From contig OZ024740.1 in NCBI GenBank assembly GCA_964016885.1, forward strand, positions 353,586,001 through 353,650,000: 64,000 bases of DNA, given 5' to 3'. The position numbers were made by a program, and so were the translations under genes. The DNA comes from Eledone cirrhosa (Eukaryota). Shown here in pieces: positions 39,351 to 53,139 of this stretch; the stretch's first letter is position 1, and every line of letters begins with the position of its first letter. The notes below the pieces were generated by a model. That model was not told the origin of the DNA. It saw only the letters and a list, made by a program, of their open reading frames with translations, and did not search any database.

Positions 39351-39997
39351 TATTTATAGTGATCGACTATCCTTTATGTTGGGAAGAAAATTTCAAAATT
39401 TCCCAATCTTTTTTTAAAGATGTTCACACTTAAGCTACAGGCTTAAAAATATTCTAAGAACAGCAATTCATGGTCAGGGACCCCTTAGAGTAACCGTTGT
39501 CACACACGATCTCGTTTAATTCCTCGCAGACGACTCTTTCGGTTTTTCCCCTCTGCACATGTAGTTTACCCGATTTGCTCAACTACTATTTATTGTGGTC
39601 GATTATTGTTATAGTCACTTAAGAAGACTACATTTCAAATTTCTAAATTTTCGCAGTTTTGTAAGGTTTCTTGATTTCGGTGTTATTTCAATGTTTAGTA
39701 TGTTGTGTAGCCTATGAACAATGCGAGGTGTGATATTTTACAGAGGGGTACTTGTCTTTCGTATATTTTCAGTACTTCAAGTTATATTATATTCCAGGCG
39801 ATGATTGTATAAAACACATTTTGCGTTTTATGAATTATGTAGAACATGTGTTGCGTGAGTTTTGTGTTTATTATATAAAGCATGTATTTTGTTTGTTCTG
39901 ATATGAGCTAAAGTGGATTTGCATATGATGTGGGGGGTAGGGGTGGGGTACACCTAGCAATGTTATATTTTGGACTGTGTATAATGTTTTCAGTCGC

Positions 39998-40570
<573 letters not shown>

Positions 40571-40571
40571 C

Positions 40572-41237
40572 GTTAGCTTAGCCGCAGCCTAAAGCTTCGT
40601 TAATGCTGTACTAAAATTTGTATTTTAACTCCTAGAATTAACGATTAACTGATTTATTTAATTAGACAATTATATTGATTGATTAATTGTTTATGTTTGT
40701 TTGATAACTTCTGGTTGAGTGCTTAATTCGGTTTGTCTAAGGGAATTTCATTCCTTTGTCTCAAATTTAGAATTCTCCGCCAAAACGGTGGTTACCAACC
40801 TTGGAGAAAACCACGTGTCTATAGCGAAATTTACTGCTAGAACACACCCACTGAGGTTATAGAACGCAAGACTTGTTGACGAAGTAAATCCTTTGTTCTG
40901 TCGTCAAGCGGAATTAGTCGATCTCGGATTTACAGAAACCTAGCGTGGATGTTGTATGTTATATGTGATGTATATCGTATGCTATACGATATGCATTATG
41001 TATTGCATTCGGTCTCCGCGTGATGGTCCAGGTCAGTCAAAAATCTTTTCCTGAGTCCAATCTTTTTCGTTGTTATAGCAATGTGGCTGGACTGCCGATC
41101 GCTATATTTGATTTGCAAAGCTGTCTAAAAGTATTGTTATTACTCTGGGGTATTATTCTCCATCGAGTGCTAAAGCTACATTCCGAATTTGCATTTGTTA
41201 GCTTAGCCGCAGCCTAAAGCTTCGTTAATGCTGTACT

Positions 41238-41242
<5 letters not shown>
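40572..41242. mobile_element. Unclassified 671-bp element with identical 46-bp terminal direct repeats, inserted in (TA)n
   Basis: GTTAGCTTAGCCGCAGCCTAAAGCTTCGTTAATGCTGTACTAAAAT at 40572-40617 and 41197-41242. Confidence 0.6.
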
Positions 41243-41278
<36 letters not shown>

Positions 41279-41537
41279 AAAAAAGATGAAATCGAAAATA
41301 CAACTGGAGTCTTTTTTAAGACACACACACATACACACACACATATATATATGTATGTATTTGTGTCAGGTTGCTCTCAAGTGCCACTGGTAACATGTAA
41401 CTCAGTACAACCTGCCACATGATCGGGCTGTCGACGACTAAACTGGTAAACCCAAGCTTGCTTGGCGAGGAAGGTGATTTTGGACAAAACCTGTCAAAGG
41501 GCGGGGAAACTCAGGAGAGTCAGCGGCCATTCAATAA

Positions 41538-41592
<55 letters not shown>

Positions 41593-41870
41593 ATTATATA
41601 TATATATATATATATATATTTTATGTGTGTTTTTAACTTTCTATATATGTATCTATGCCGGAGTGGTGAAACTCCAGGATAATAAAACATCTGGTTGCAG
41701 TTATAGCCAGTCATCTTGATTTATATCTTGTCACTGGGTTACTGTGGCTAATACTTAGAGCAGAAGTTCTCAAAGTGGGCGCTACCGCCCCCGGGGGGCA
41801 TTGAGAAGGTTCGGGGCGGGGGTGCTGGGGCCTAAAGGGCGGTGGAGGTACGCTAGGAATTTATTATTTA

Positions 41871-42696
41871 TCTCTATATATATAAAACAGAGGATGCCTG
41901 TCTGTGTAAATCCCTAAAACTCGAGAAGTACCCGATCGATTGCTTTCAAACTTTACACATGCGTTTCTTGAAGTGCAATGGGCTAAAAAAATATCCGATT
42001 CCATTAATGCTTTCTAGGAAATTTACAAATTAGTATTGGACATTACATGCCCTTTTCATTTTCAATTTAAACGCTACTTAAACATCGTAAGTAGCGTATA
42101 ATATTTCGTTAAAAATTTGGTTTATTTAACAGAGGACACAACACTTTTAAGCAGGACCATTTTCGGGGGATTGAGGAAATGAGGAGGACCTTAAAATTTT
42201 TGTCGGCGCCCTGTTGATGCTTCGTGCTTTCATCACGCACAAATCAGGGCCCTGTGTACGTTGCGGTGTTATTGACACCGTAAAACTCACATCTGTGCTA
42301 CTTTTACTAAGACTCCTTTTGTTGCACCTACACTGCAGTATGAACGCGTCCTGTGCAAGTACGCTGAACAGTGGTTGTGCTAATTCAGCATGACCTCTTT
42401 TGTCGTACCTTTGTTGCTGTGTAAACGCAGGGCAACCAGTGCCACGCAGCGTTTGTGCTAATTGCACTATGACACCTTCTGCTGCAGCTGCGTTGCCACG
42501 CTGATTTCGTCATCTAAATATCTCTACTTAAACGTACATCCCTACTTAGTTTTCACACAATTGACTACGTCGCTCCTCAATCATTCCCTGAGAATAAGGA
42601 AATTCAAAAATTACACAGCTATATTCCTCAATCTTTGTATATGCATGTTGCTATTTCACGTTTCCTACCCCGTGCAACGCCGGGTCCTGCTGCTGG
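41871..42696 (+). mobile_element. Non-autonomous Helitron-like element
   Basis: 5' end A|TCTCTATATATATAAAACAGAG...CTAAAACTCGAGAA. 3' end CCCGTGCAACGCCGGG...CTGG. Confidence 0.7.
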
Positions 42697-42814
42697 CATT
42701 ATTATATTATTGTATATATATGATATAATAGTATATTAAATATCAAATGATACATATTATATATAAATATAGTAAAAAGAAAAATATATCATATTTATTT
42801 ATAAATAGTATATA

Positions 42815-43546
42815 CTAGCAGAATGGCTCGGCGTTGCTCGGGATTTGCTCTAGGGTTCTTATATATTTGATATATATTTATCCTTATCGAGCCTCGTGAA
42901 ATAAATACGTTTGTTTATATTTTGTTATTGTGTATGCAAAAATATCTGTTTTGTTATTGTGTATGCAAAAATATCTGTACACGAATATATAATTATATAT
43001 ATATATTAAAATAACATATTAAAGTTTAAGCAAAGAATTGCTGCTTTCACCGTTAACGGGATCTTCTGAAACTAAAAAATTCAATCTGTGAACGCAGAAG
43101 TAAATATTTCGAAAAACGTTGCAACCGAAGGAAAACAGGAAGACGATACTTTGGTTCGTTAAGACGTTCCCTGGCATAAGAATATATATATATATACACA
43201 CACACTATATATACATATACACACACACACACACACTGATCGCATCATAATGACGTAATGCAGACAGTCAGACATACAGACCGATATTATAAGGGCGCAA
43301 CGTTATATCTATGTATCTATTTAAAAAGAAAGACTAAGAATTATAGAGAGAGATCACTAAATCGCCTAATGCGGTTCCTAGGGCATTGAAAATTTGAAAT
43401 TATTTTTGCTCAAAACACTCACAGGAGCATAAGTATTACATGTGTAAAATTTCGAAACAATCGGTTGGGTGGTTCTCGAGTTTTAGTGAGCTGACAGACA
43501 GACAGCCAGCCAGACAGACAGACATTCTCTGTTTTAGATATATAGA
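42815..43546 (-). mobile_element. Non-autonomous Helitron-like element, opposite orientation
   Basis: Minus strand 5' end A|TCTATATATCTAAAACAGAG..(TGTC)n..CTAAAACTCGAGAA and 3' end CCCGAGCAACGCCGAG...CTAG|T. Inserted between A and T with no TSD. Confidence 0.78.
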
Positions 43547-43849
43547 TTATTTACAATTTGTGTGTAGGCAGGTCTCTCTGGAAATAAGGGTGGGGAACGC
43601 AGAGGGTATTACGTGGCCGTGAGGGGGGCGGTGGTCTCAAAAGTTTGAGAACCTCTGACTTAAAGGATGGTGTGTGTTGCACAAGCGCATATCACTTAAA
43701 TCCAATGATGTGTAGGCGATTTTTTTGCTTACAAACTTCGTGTCTTATGCTCTATAGCGACGGGAGCAGACTTGACAAGTCGGAGGCTCTTATTCATAAC
43801 TTTGCACATATGGTGGCGGTGGGTCTATCCTACTATCGCTCTCAGTGAT

Positions 43850-45720
43850 CCGACAGTAGCTGAATTCAGTGGGATCCTCTGTGTCTGAGCAGCCCTGTTT
43901 AGGAGAACAATGCTCACTCCTTTTAAGGGGAAGAGACTAGAAGTGTCCTAAAAAAGGCCTGTCAATAGAAACTTGTCAGTACATCGCGACAGACGGTTTA
44001 AGTGGTGTAAAGAAGAAAAACAAGAAAATATATCAAAGTGGGTTGTTGAAATGTCCGTACATTACAAGACTCTGAGAATAGAACAGAGAGAAAGACAACT
44101 ACTGTGGAAACCAGGTTTCTTGTTGAAGGTCATTTGGACGAGTTGAAAGATTACATAATTTGTTAGTCTGGAAAACACGAGGAAAAAGTCGATAGTATGG
44201 ATTTGCTATGAAGAATGAGATATTCGACTCTCTTGGGGAGCTGCCTCGTATTGTAAATGAAAGGATCATGTTAATGAGGCTTCCACTCGTTGGAGGTCGT
44301 TATGCGTCTCTGGTGAGCGTTTACGCTCCGACGTTCAATGTTTCTGATAACGTTATGTCCAATGTTTATGAAACACTAATGGAAACTTTGTTAGTTATTC
44401 ATAGAGTTGTTTCTCATGGGAGATTTTAATGTACGTGTTGATAATGATTATCCGACATGGAGTGCTTTTGGTTCATTCGGTGTGGGATCAATATACTTAT
44501 ATTATGTACTGAACTCAGACTCAGACTCAGAAGCTCCCGCGTCTTGCGACGCATGAGGCAATCATAGTGTTCCACCGCGTTCGGTCAGCAGCCAGTTGCA
44601 CAGCGTCCCGCCATTGTCTGTTTGTCGCTCGCAGGTCCCTCTCAACTGTCTGGCGCCAGTTCATTTTGGGTCGCCCTCTCCGTCTGCTTCCCTGTGGGTT
44701 CCATTTAAGTACTTGGTTCGCCAGTCTCTCCGGGGTGAGTCTCAAAGCGTGCCCAAACCAGCCCAGGCGTCGCTTGCAGATGGCAGAAGAGACTAGCTGC
44801 TGGTCGGTGCGGTTCCTGACTTCCTGGTTTGTTACATGGTCACTCCATTTAATCCCCAGGATATTTCGCAGACACCTGGAATCGAATGCGTCCAACTTCT
44901 TCTCTTGGCTGGTCTTAAGGTGCCATGTTTCACTTCCGTACAAAAGTGTGGACAGCACGTTGCTGTTGTAGAATCTCATCTTTGTTTTGAGGGTGAACTT
45001 CCTGCTCTTCCAGATCTTGACAAGCTGGTTAAATGCTGCTGAAGTCTTTCCCATTCTACATTGCAATTCACTGTCCATGGCGCCCCCATTGTCAATGGAG
45101 CATCCTAGGTAGGTGAAGTTGTCCACTATCTCCACCTCCCCCCGTTCAATGAAAACACTAGTTGGTGATGGGTGTGTCCCAGATAACATGCTTTTGGTCT
45201 TCTTAGCACTGATATTGAGACCTAAGCTTCCTGCTTCGACACTGATATTGTTCATAATGATTTACAGGTCAGCTGTGCTCTCTGCAAGTGCAACAATATC
45301 GTCCGCAAAGTCCAGGTCAGACAACTTTTGCTCTCCCACCCAAGATATACCCTGGTCTTTAGACGCTCTTCTCAGTACCCAGTCAATGGCTATGGCAAAG
45401 AGAATTGGAGAGAGCGAGCAGCCCTGACGCACGCCAGTAACCACCTCAAACCAGTCACTGTAACCATCCTCTGTCCGTATGCAACACTTGGAGTTTGCAT
45501 AAATCTGTTTGATTGCCGAAATGACTTTCTGGGGCAGACCATACTCATGCATGATGCTCCAGAGTGACGGCCGATGAATGCTATCGAATGCTTTGGAGAA
45601 ATCGATGAAGCTGACGGCGAGGGGCCTCTGGAATTGTTGTACCTCTCAATGATGCGGCGTAACGTACTGAACTAGAACTTGCTATTATAAAATACATTTT
45701 CCGTAATAAGTTGATACATA
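43850..45720 (+). mobile_element. Old RTE-clade LINE 5' portion (5' UTR + APE), split by a younger insertion at 44516-45663
   Basis: Translates to NERIMLMRLPLVGGRYASLVSVYAPT and MGDFNVRV. Removing the insert rejoins LCTELELAII. Confidence 0.8.
44516..45663 (-). mobile_element. 5'-truncated RTE/RTE-X LINE (RT C-terminal half) with a 10-bp TSD and a (TCTGAG)n tail
   Basis: GVRQGCSLSP, LDFADD, FTYLG, LLYGSETW and GSRRRGRPK. TSD GTACTGAACT at 44506-44515 and 45664-45673. One frameshift near 45258. Confidence 0.92.
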
Positions 45721-46885
45721 ATTCTCCCCCTCCCAAATAAAAAGGGACATCTTTTATTTGTCGCAGGCATGATAGTCAAGATATAAGAAATAATGAGTTA
45801 ATAAATGTTTAAAAAAAACATGTTATTGTTTATAAATGACTATCCAGTTATTTTCAAACTGTATTTGGTTAAACGAACGAAATAATAATTAAGTGATAAA
45901 CATTGACATATATTTTTATATACGTATGTGAACTTAACGTATTTATTTAAACGGTTTACATCTATAAAAGCAAAATACACCCAAAATGTAGTCTTCTGTG
46001 TGTAAACCTGTACATACACAAACGTTTGTGTTCCTATGCTTATTTGTATATAGTTTAGCATAGACACATTTCTGGAACTGAAATTTACATGTAGCAATGA
46101 AAATGTTTACAATTTTATTTAATACTCCGAACAGGTGAGATAATGATGTCTGAAACGTTTATATAAGTGTACAGCATAACTCCACTCAGTCTACAGCATA
46201 ATTTCACACACACGACAACGTGTTTTATTTGCAGGTACGCTATATTCATTGTTTCGTGCTTAATGTATATGTGCAAGTATTTCTCCCTAACTACATAAAT
46301 TACATAGATTCAATACATCTACTGGGTCTGTTCAACGTGTATTGCTAATTCAACATGCAAAGCTATCAGTCAATATGATTTTACACGTTTTCCTTTTTTT
46401 TATCTATTTACAATACTGCTGTTCATTGACTGAATCAAAATGACAAATGTTTACGAAGACTAGAGATCATTACAATGTCAGTCATTACTTCCAAACTAAA
46501 CATTGATATATCTTTACTTTTTACTTTTTTATTTGTTATTTTTTGTTGTTTCTTTTTTTTTTACATTTAATTTTTCTATTTCAATTAGCTACCAATCGAA
46601 AGAAGCAAGATTGTTATTTTATGAAAAATACGAACTTGATGAAAAAGAGAACGGAAATGTACTCGTAGTATATGTCTATAAATTATTCAAGATTGAATGT
46701 GTAGAATTTAAATATGTTTTTAAATGAACTTTTTTTTTCTGTATCTACATCTAATATCTTTGCTGACTTAGCATTTTCTCCTCTTCGCGTTAAAGTCTTT
46801 TTTTTTCTGAGAAACATGTCTTCATATATTTTCCCCTTTGTTATTTGATAGAACGTTTTCATCTTATAGCTTTAGTAGTTGATCG

Positions 46886-47523
46886 TTAAACTTTGGCAGC
46901 TCCCTGATCATCTAATGGATAATAATTGTCTTTCATTTCTATACAATTTTCTTTCATTGAAATAGTTTTGTTTAGCTTGTACTGTCGCATAATTCTTGAC
47001 ACCTCTTCAAAAGGAGGTAGAAAAATAACTATGATAGCCATTACAATAACCCAAAGTTGCGTGAAACTTACCCAGATTTTAAACTGGGTTTCACTCATCA
47101 CCGAAAAGCTAGCCATAATACCCGGGATAATTACTGAAAAAAGAAAAATACAGGTAGTTCCACCAATATATGCTGTTAATTTGGCAGATCGGAAAGCTTG
47201 GTTCATTTGTTGAGATGTCGGTCTTTCGTCATATTCCATACCAGCAAGTTCTTCTCGGTAGTTTTGTTCCCAAGGATTCAAAGGATTATCAATGTTAAAC
47301 AACTTCTGCCATTCCTGCTCTTTGGCCTCTGCAGATACTATCTGGTGTGTCATTAATGATGTTACAACACAAAAGAACAAGCTGACGCCAAAACTGGTTA
47401 TTGTGCCAGCCAACAAAACATTGTCTTGGACTGTGTTAATCAAGAAATTTCCAAGACCTCCTGGATAAGTAGAAGCCACTCCTAACGTGACGATGATTCC
47501 ACATATTAACCCCAGAATGCATC
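46886..47523 (-). CDS. DUR3: DUR3-like Na+/solute symporter (urea transporter family), terminal coding exon
   Basis: Acceptor TTTTTTCTAATTCCAG at 47524 gives (G)GA TGC = GCILGLICGIIVTLGVASTYPGG; its phase matches the donor at 61995. Several TM helices, WQKLFNIDNPLNPW, stop TAA at 46886. Confidence 0.85.
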
Positions 47524-47744
47524 CTGGAATTAGAAAAAAAAAGAACTTAAATTAAAGCACAAAATTTAATGCATGTTATATGTAAAGTGGGTAACCGTAG
47601 ACAAAGTTTGTGAATATTATTTTTAAACAATGTAAAACTTAAGCACAGCATAGAGTGCTATTGTTATTTATATATTTTATCCACGTAACACACACATACA
47701 CACACACGTACGTATGTATGCATGTATGTACATTGTATATACAT

Positions 47745-48830
47745 ACATTTCAGAAATTTAACAGCTTGCGAGTACTTGTATCCATTTCGCTCAGCTTTTG
47801 CAATGACCAGTTCAGCAGGCCAAATGTTGGCGTTAGGATGAGCACAGCAAAAGTATTATGGGCAATGTGCTTGTTGTACGCTGAGAGTTCTGATGATCAT
47901 ATTCTCTTTACCCTCCTGAGGTATTCATTCCTGTTCTCTTCTAATTTATGGGTCCATCATATCTGATATTCCTATCCTGTCCACGATAATTGCCACCTGG
48001 TTATAGAAGTGTTATCGTCAAGCCGTTCATTTTTAGGTTTTCAGAGGAGGGCACAACTTTTCCACGTTTTATTGTAAAAAATACACACTTCTACTCACAA
48101 AATTTCATTCCAATGTCTGTATAAATTTAGGTTGGGTAATGAAGTCCAATTGTTTTTATGTGGTTGATATTTGGCAATACAATTTCAGGTCATCGACAAA
48201 GAAAAGATGGGAGATACTTCTGAATCCATTTCTATCGCCACTATATTTTGCTAGTAGGTATGATAGTGGGTTTAATGAAAGGACGAAGAGCAACACTGAC
48301 AAGCTACCAGCATGAAATATGCCTTTTCGATAGTAAATATTATCATACTAAATTTGCTTCTTATCCATAAGGAGCAAAGTGGTGTACCAAGTCTTGATCA
48401 GACGTTCAGTAGCTGCTACTAGTGGTTATAGGACTTTGGCTAACTGTACAGCCTTGATAATCCACCCATGTGGTATATTATTAAAAGCCTTCTGGTAGCC
48501 CAGTCACATTACAGGCAAGTTACTATTTTTTTTTCTTGCATCATTTTGTTAATTAGTAGCTGCTCTACAGCTCCAGACCTCCTCCTTCTCTCCAGCCAAC
48601 TCAGGTGTTATAATGTTGTTAGTGGCACAATAATTCATATGTGTTGCATGAACATGATTGGCAGTAGCCGAAAAAGGCTTAAAAAAAATTATTTAGTTAT
48701 TTTTATTTATTACCGCTGCATATGCATAGCAGAACTGAAAAAATTATGATCGTGTCACACATGTTTGAGGTAAGCGTCAAGTGATGGCAAATCTCGAAAT
48801 CGAAATGCAGTATGTACATGTGTATGTACC
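47745..48830 (-). mobile_element. Degenerate R4/Dong-like RT fragment flanked by (TATG)-type repeats
   Basis: Nucleotide similarity to 54310-55230, e.g. CAATGACCAGTTCAGCAGGCCAAATGTTGGCGTTA and TTCAGGTCATCGACAAAGAAAAGATGGGAGATACTTCTG, with deletions. Confidence 0.8.
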
Positions 48831-48880
48831 GAAATGTATGTATGTATGTATGTATGTATGTATGTATGTATGTATGTATG

Positions 48881-51800
48881 TTATCTCTTTCTCTTAATTT
48901 CGAGTATATTTTTTTGACCGGCCACCTTCCTGGTGGCAAGGTTGTAAAAGAAAAGAAATTGTCATCCCTTGAATCGCAAGAATGTTTTGCAAATTTTGAA
49001 GGTGCCGGCTATCGCAGCCATTTGTAGACTATGAATTAGGGAGCTGCGCTCTTTGTCCGCAAATCCAAGTTCAGTCATACTTTGGTCCAAACGGGTTGGT
49101 ATATAACCCGTAGCTCCAATAATGATGGGTATGAAGCTAAAGGTGTATCTTGGATACTGGATTTGCAAACTCCTCATCAATGGTCCGTAGATGTCCTCCT
49201 TCTCCTGTATTTTTCTGACAACGTTTACATCAAGTGGGCAGCTGATCTCCACAACAGAACACGTTTTCAATGTGTGGTCACAAACAACAATATCAGGCCG
49301 GTTGTGCTTTAATTTGGTGGCAGTTTTTATTTTCAGGTTCCACCAGTATTCCTTAGTGCCTCTGTCTCAATATATTCTTCCTAGTTTGTTGTTAATTTTG
49401 TTTTCCGAAGTGCATTCCAGATGGTTCTAGCTATCCCATCGTGTCTCATGGGAAGGTAGTAGCGAGATGACATTCTTTCGCAGCTGGCAACAATGTGGCT
49501 TACATCCTCGATCTTTGTTTTACATAGCCTACATTTATTGTCAGCTGCTGGCCCTCCCCTTTTGTGCAGCAGATATTTGGTAGGGAGTTCTTGTTCCTGT
49601 ATTGCATAGAGATATCCCTCAAGGTGTGATGTCATAAACTTGTCGGAACTCCATGCCAGGCTTTTTGAGTGGTTTATCCCCTCTATGGTCTGTGTTTTAC
49701 GTCTCAAGTATCCATGCACAACTTTTTCTGTAAATTGGTCAATTTTTTCATCTTGTTTGAACATTGAATAGGATCTTCCGATTTCTCTGGGTGAGAGATT
49801 TATATCAGGCTTTATTCCATATCTCTCCTCCAGATCAGTCGCTATTCTAATGATATCTTTTTTACATGCTCATAAACCTGGGCAAGATGGTTGCCAACCT
49901 TTTTCCTCTGTTGAAGGTGTTGCTTCAGTGTTACTATCCGGGTCTCATATGTTGTTAATATGGATTTTAGACCCCGTTAATATGGATTTTAGACCTTGCG
50001 TGAGAAGTATAGCCTATCCACATCACCATTGATGTTAAAGTTCCCAGTAACACTGAGAAGTTTGCGAGTTCTAACATCCATCTCACTTAGTTCTTGCAAT
50101 GACCAGTTCAGCAGGCCAAATGTTGGCGTTAGAATTGGCACAGCATAAGTATTGTGGGCAATGTATTTGTTGTACGCTGACAGTTCTGATGACCATATTT
50201 TCTTTACTCTTCTGAGGTATTCAGTTCTGGTTCTCTCCTTATTTATGGGTCCCTCATATCTGACATTCTCATCCTGTCCAAGATATCTGTAGTTGTCACC
50301 TGACTGTAGAGGTTGTATTGTCAGGCCGTTCATCTCTAGATTTCTAGAGGAGGACACAGCTCTTCCACGTTTTACTGCCAAATATGCACACTTGGACTCA
50401 CCAAATTTCATTTTGATGTCTGTTGAAAATTGTGTAATGAGGTCCAATTGTTTCTTGATGTCATTGATATTTGGCCCATACAACTTCAGGTCATCAACAA
50501 AGAAAAGATGGGAGATACTTCTGGACCCATTTCTTTGTCCACCTTGTTTCCTGAGTAGGTAAGATAGTGGATTTAGTGAGAGAACGAAGAGTAGCACTGA
50601 CAAGCTATCACCCTGAAAGATGCCCTTCTGGTAATGTATCTTATCAGTCTTAACTTGCTCCTTCTCACCTCTAAGGATCTAATTGGTGTACCAGTTCTTG
50701 GTCAGGCGTTCAACAGCAGCTACCAATAGTTGTGGGACTTTGGCTAACTGTAAAGCCTTAATAATCCACCCATGAGGTACACTATCAAATGCTTTTTGAT
50801 AGTCCAGCCACACCACAGTCATGTTTCTGCGATTCTTTGTTGGTTTTTCCTGAATCATTTTATTAGTTAGTAGGTGATCTATGCAACCCCGCACCTCCCT
50901 CTTTCCACCAGCTTGCTCAGGTGTTATGATGTTGTTGGTAGCACAGTGATCCTGTAAGAACAGGTTAAGGCACCCAGTATATAATTTATACATGATGTTT
51001 TGGCAGGCTATTGGGCGGTAATTTTTAGCAAGGGTGGTTTGGCTATTTTGGGGAATGAGGAGAGTAGTGGCAGTTGATAATCATCTGGGCAGTTCTTGTG
51101 TGCCTTTAATGGTTTCTGTAAACAGCCGTATGAGATCTTGCCGATAGAAAGTAAAATTCTTCAACCAGTATCCTGTAATGAGGTCTGGGCCTGGTGATTT
51201 CCTATTCGACATTTTCTGTAGAGCTGTTTCCAGTATTGACCCATCTATGTCATATTGTTTTGTCTGGACATGTTGGCAGTAGTCCTGTTCCAGTTCTTTT
51301 AGCCAATTAGTGTGTCTGTTGAATCCGTCATCCGTTTACCATACAGATCTCCAGTAGCTCTCAACCTGTTCTTTTGAAGGGGTGTCATTTACAGGGATTG
51401 TGCTTTTGCCACTGAAACTGATTTAGGATCTCTGGCAAACAATCTATTTAGCACTTGTCGTTTATGTGCTGTTGACTTATATTTTAGTCTTTCTGTTGTA
51501 GCTGTGAGTTGTTGTTTCAACTGGTGTAATTTGGAGTTCAAAGTTTTAAATTTTGTATCTCCAAATCGTCTCTCTAACTTTTTTTTAGGTCTTCCTGGTG
51601 TCGTGTGAAATTGCTCTCTATGTTGCATTTCATAACGACTGCAATGTGTGAGATACATCGTAACAGGGACAAAATTTTGCTTTTTAAATTTCGCATCCAC
51701 GCTGGTTAAGGCTTTTTGTTTATATCTTGATTGCGTGGTTTTAGATGTGTGTTATATGATAGCAATGTGACAGTTGAAACATATAACAAAATATTAAGCG

Positions 51801-53126
51801 TTTCAAATGTCGTTTCTACACCTTTAGATCGTATAGCCTTCAGATAATTGCCAGCTATTTCGTTCACAGCTTCCAATTCCAATTTAGTGGGTTCTTTACT
51901 GATTCTGGTGTTGTATGGTCTGTCACTCACATTAAGGCTGTGTATCTCTTGAAACATATCGTCCCATATCACTTGTAAGGTGTCCACAAGTTTTTGGTGT
52001 TCTGTTTGTACAGTAGAGTCATGAATTTCAGCCTCGTTGTTGATGCGGTGACAATTACTACTAGAGTTAGCTGACCTTTCTCGCTGTTCTTCAGTGGAAG
52101 TGGGATGGATTTCAGTAAAATAGTTGGTGAGCTGTTCACTGTTAGATTTAGCTGGCCCTTCTGTTTGTCTGTCAGTGGAGGTGGGGTGGTTGTCTACAAG
52201 GGCTGTATTTGTAGTATCACTCAATTCCGTTAGATGTATCCATTTACATATAATGATACGTTTTGTCTGGTCATTTAAATGCTTTGGAGAAAAGTCTAAT
52301 TCTGGGTGTTTGGAGTTCCATAAAGTTTTTAGCCTTTGCATAAAACCGAACTTTTGGGGTTCAGATTGTTTGTATGCTTCATATAATACTTTTTTAAGCT
52401 CGTAGCTCTATTGTATACAACGGTTGTAGTTGCGATTTGGTCGAAGGAGACTTGTACTTTTTGCCATGATGAGTTCGTCTATTCACTAATATTTCGTATT
52501 TATTTTTCAAAATAGTCGATGATCTTCTTTAAAAGTTTCGACAAAGTTCTGTGGGAATCAAATTTAAAGTTATTCACAGCTTGGGTAATATTCTTTTCAG
52601 TTAGTTTTTAATTCTACAACTGTGTTTTAAACGTTGTTCTTGAATCGTTTGAATCGAGAACAAAAAGAACCGTTACTTAGTATATTTCTTTATGAATGTA
52701 ATATAATATAACAACGCTGTATTTATATGTTAAAGTTTATGTATCATTCATATAAATAGGTGTTCTACAACTTATTCACAACATATTCACAGTTCAAACA
52801 CTTATGCTTTTGTTTCTGAATCGAAAACGTTACTTGTATATTTCTTTATAAATGTAATATAACAACGTTGCATTTATATGTTAAAGTATATATTTCGTTC
52901 ATATATTATAAGTGTATGTATCGTTCATATATCATAAGTGTATGTATCGTTCATATAAATAGGTGTTTTACAACACACTTACAGTTCAAACACTTATGTA
53001 GAATTATTGTATGTAATCTTACCGCGTAATGTAGCTCAACTTTTTCCAATATATGGTATGTTGCTTTCATGTAAGCCGTAATTACACACGTCCGATTATC
53101 GGACACTGACCACAACGGTCGCCATT
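48881..53126 (-). mobile_element. Full-length R4/Dong-clade retrotransposon, copy 1 (ORF disrupted)
   Basis: Colinear end to end with copy 2. The ORF is broken into track pieces (51706..52341, 50679..50993, 49989..50603, 49381..49764, 48962..49270). Flanked by (TATG)n. Confidence 0.93.
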
Positions 53127-53139
53127 GTATGTATGTATG

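Larger units (their letters stand above)
41761..43657. mobile_element. hAT (Buster/Charlie-type) MITE with nested insertions
   Basis: TIRs CAGAAGTTCTCAAA / TTTGAGAACCTCTG (1 mismatch). 8-bp TSD ACTTAGAG (41753-41760) / ACTTAAAG (43658-43665) with a central TA. Confidence 0.85.

Noticed and set aside
41455-41530. Possible hammerhead (TTGGCGA...GAAACTC-AGGA-GAGTC)
   Set aside because: Stem III and GUC fit, but the CUGANGA core has two mismatches and no clear stem II or stem I forms.
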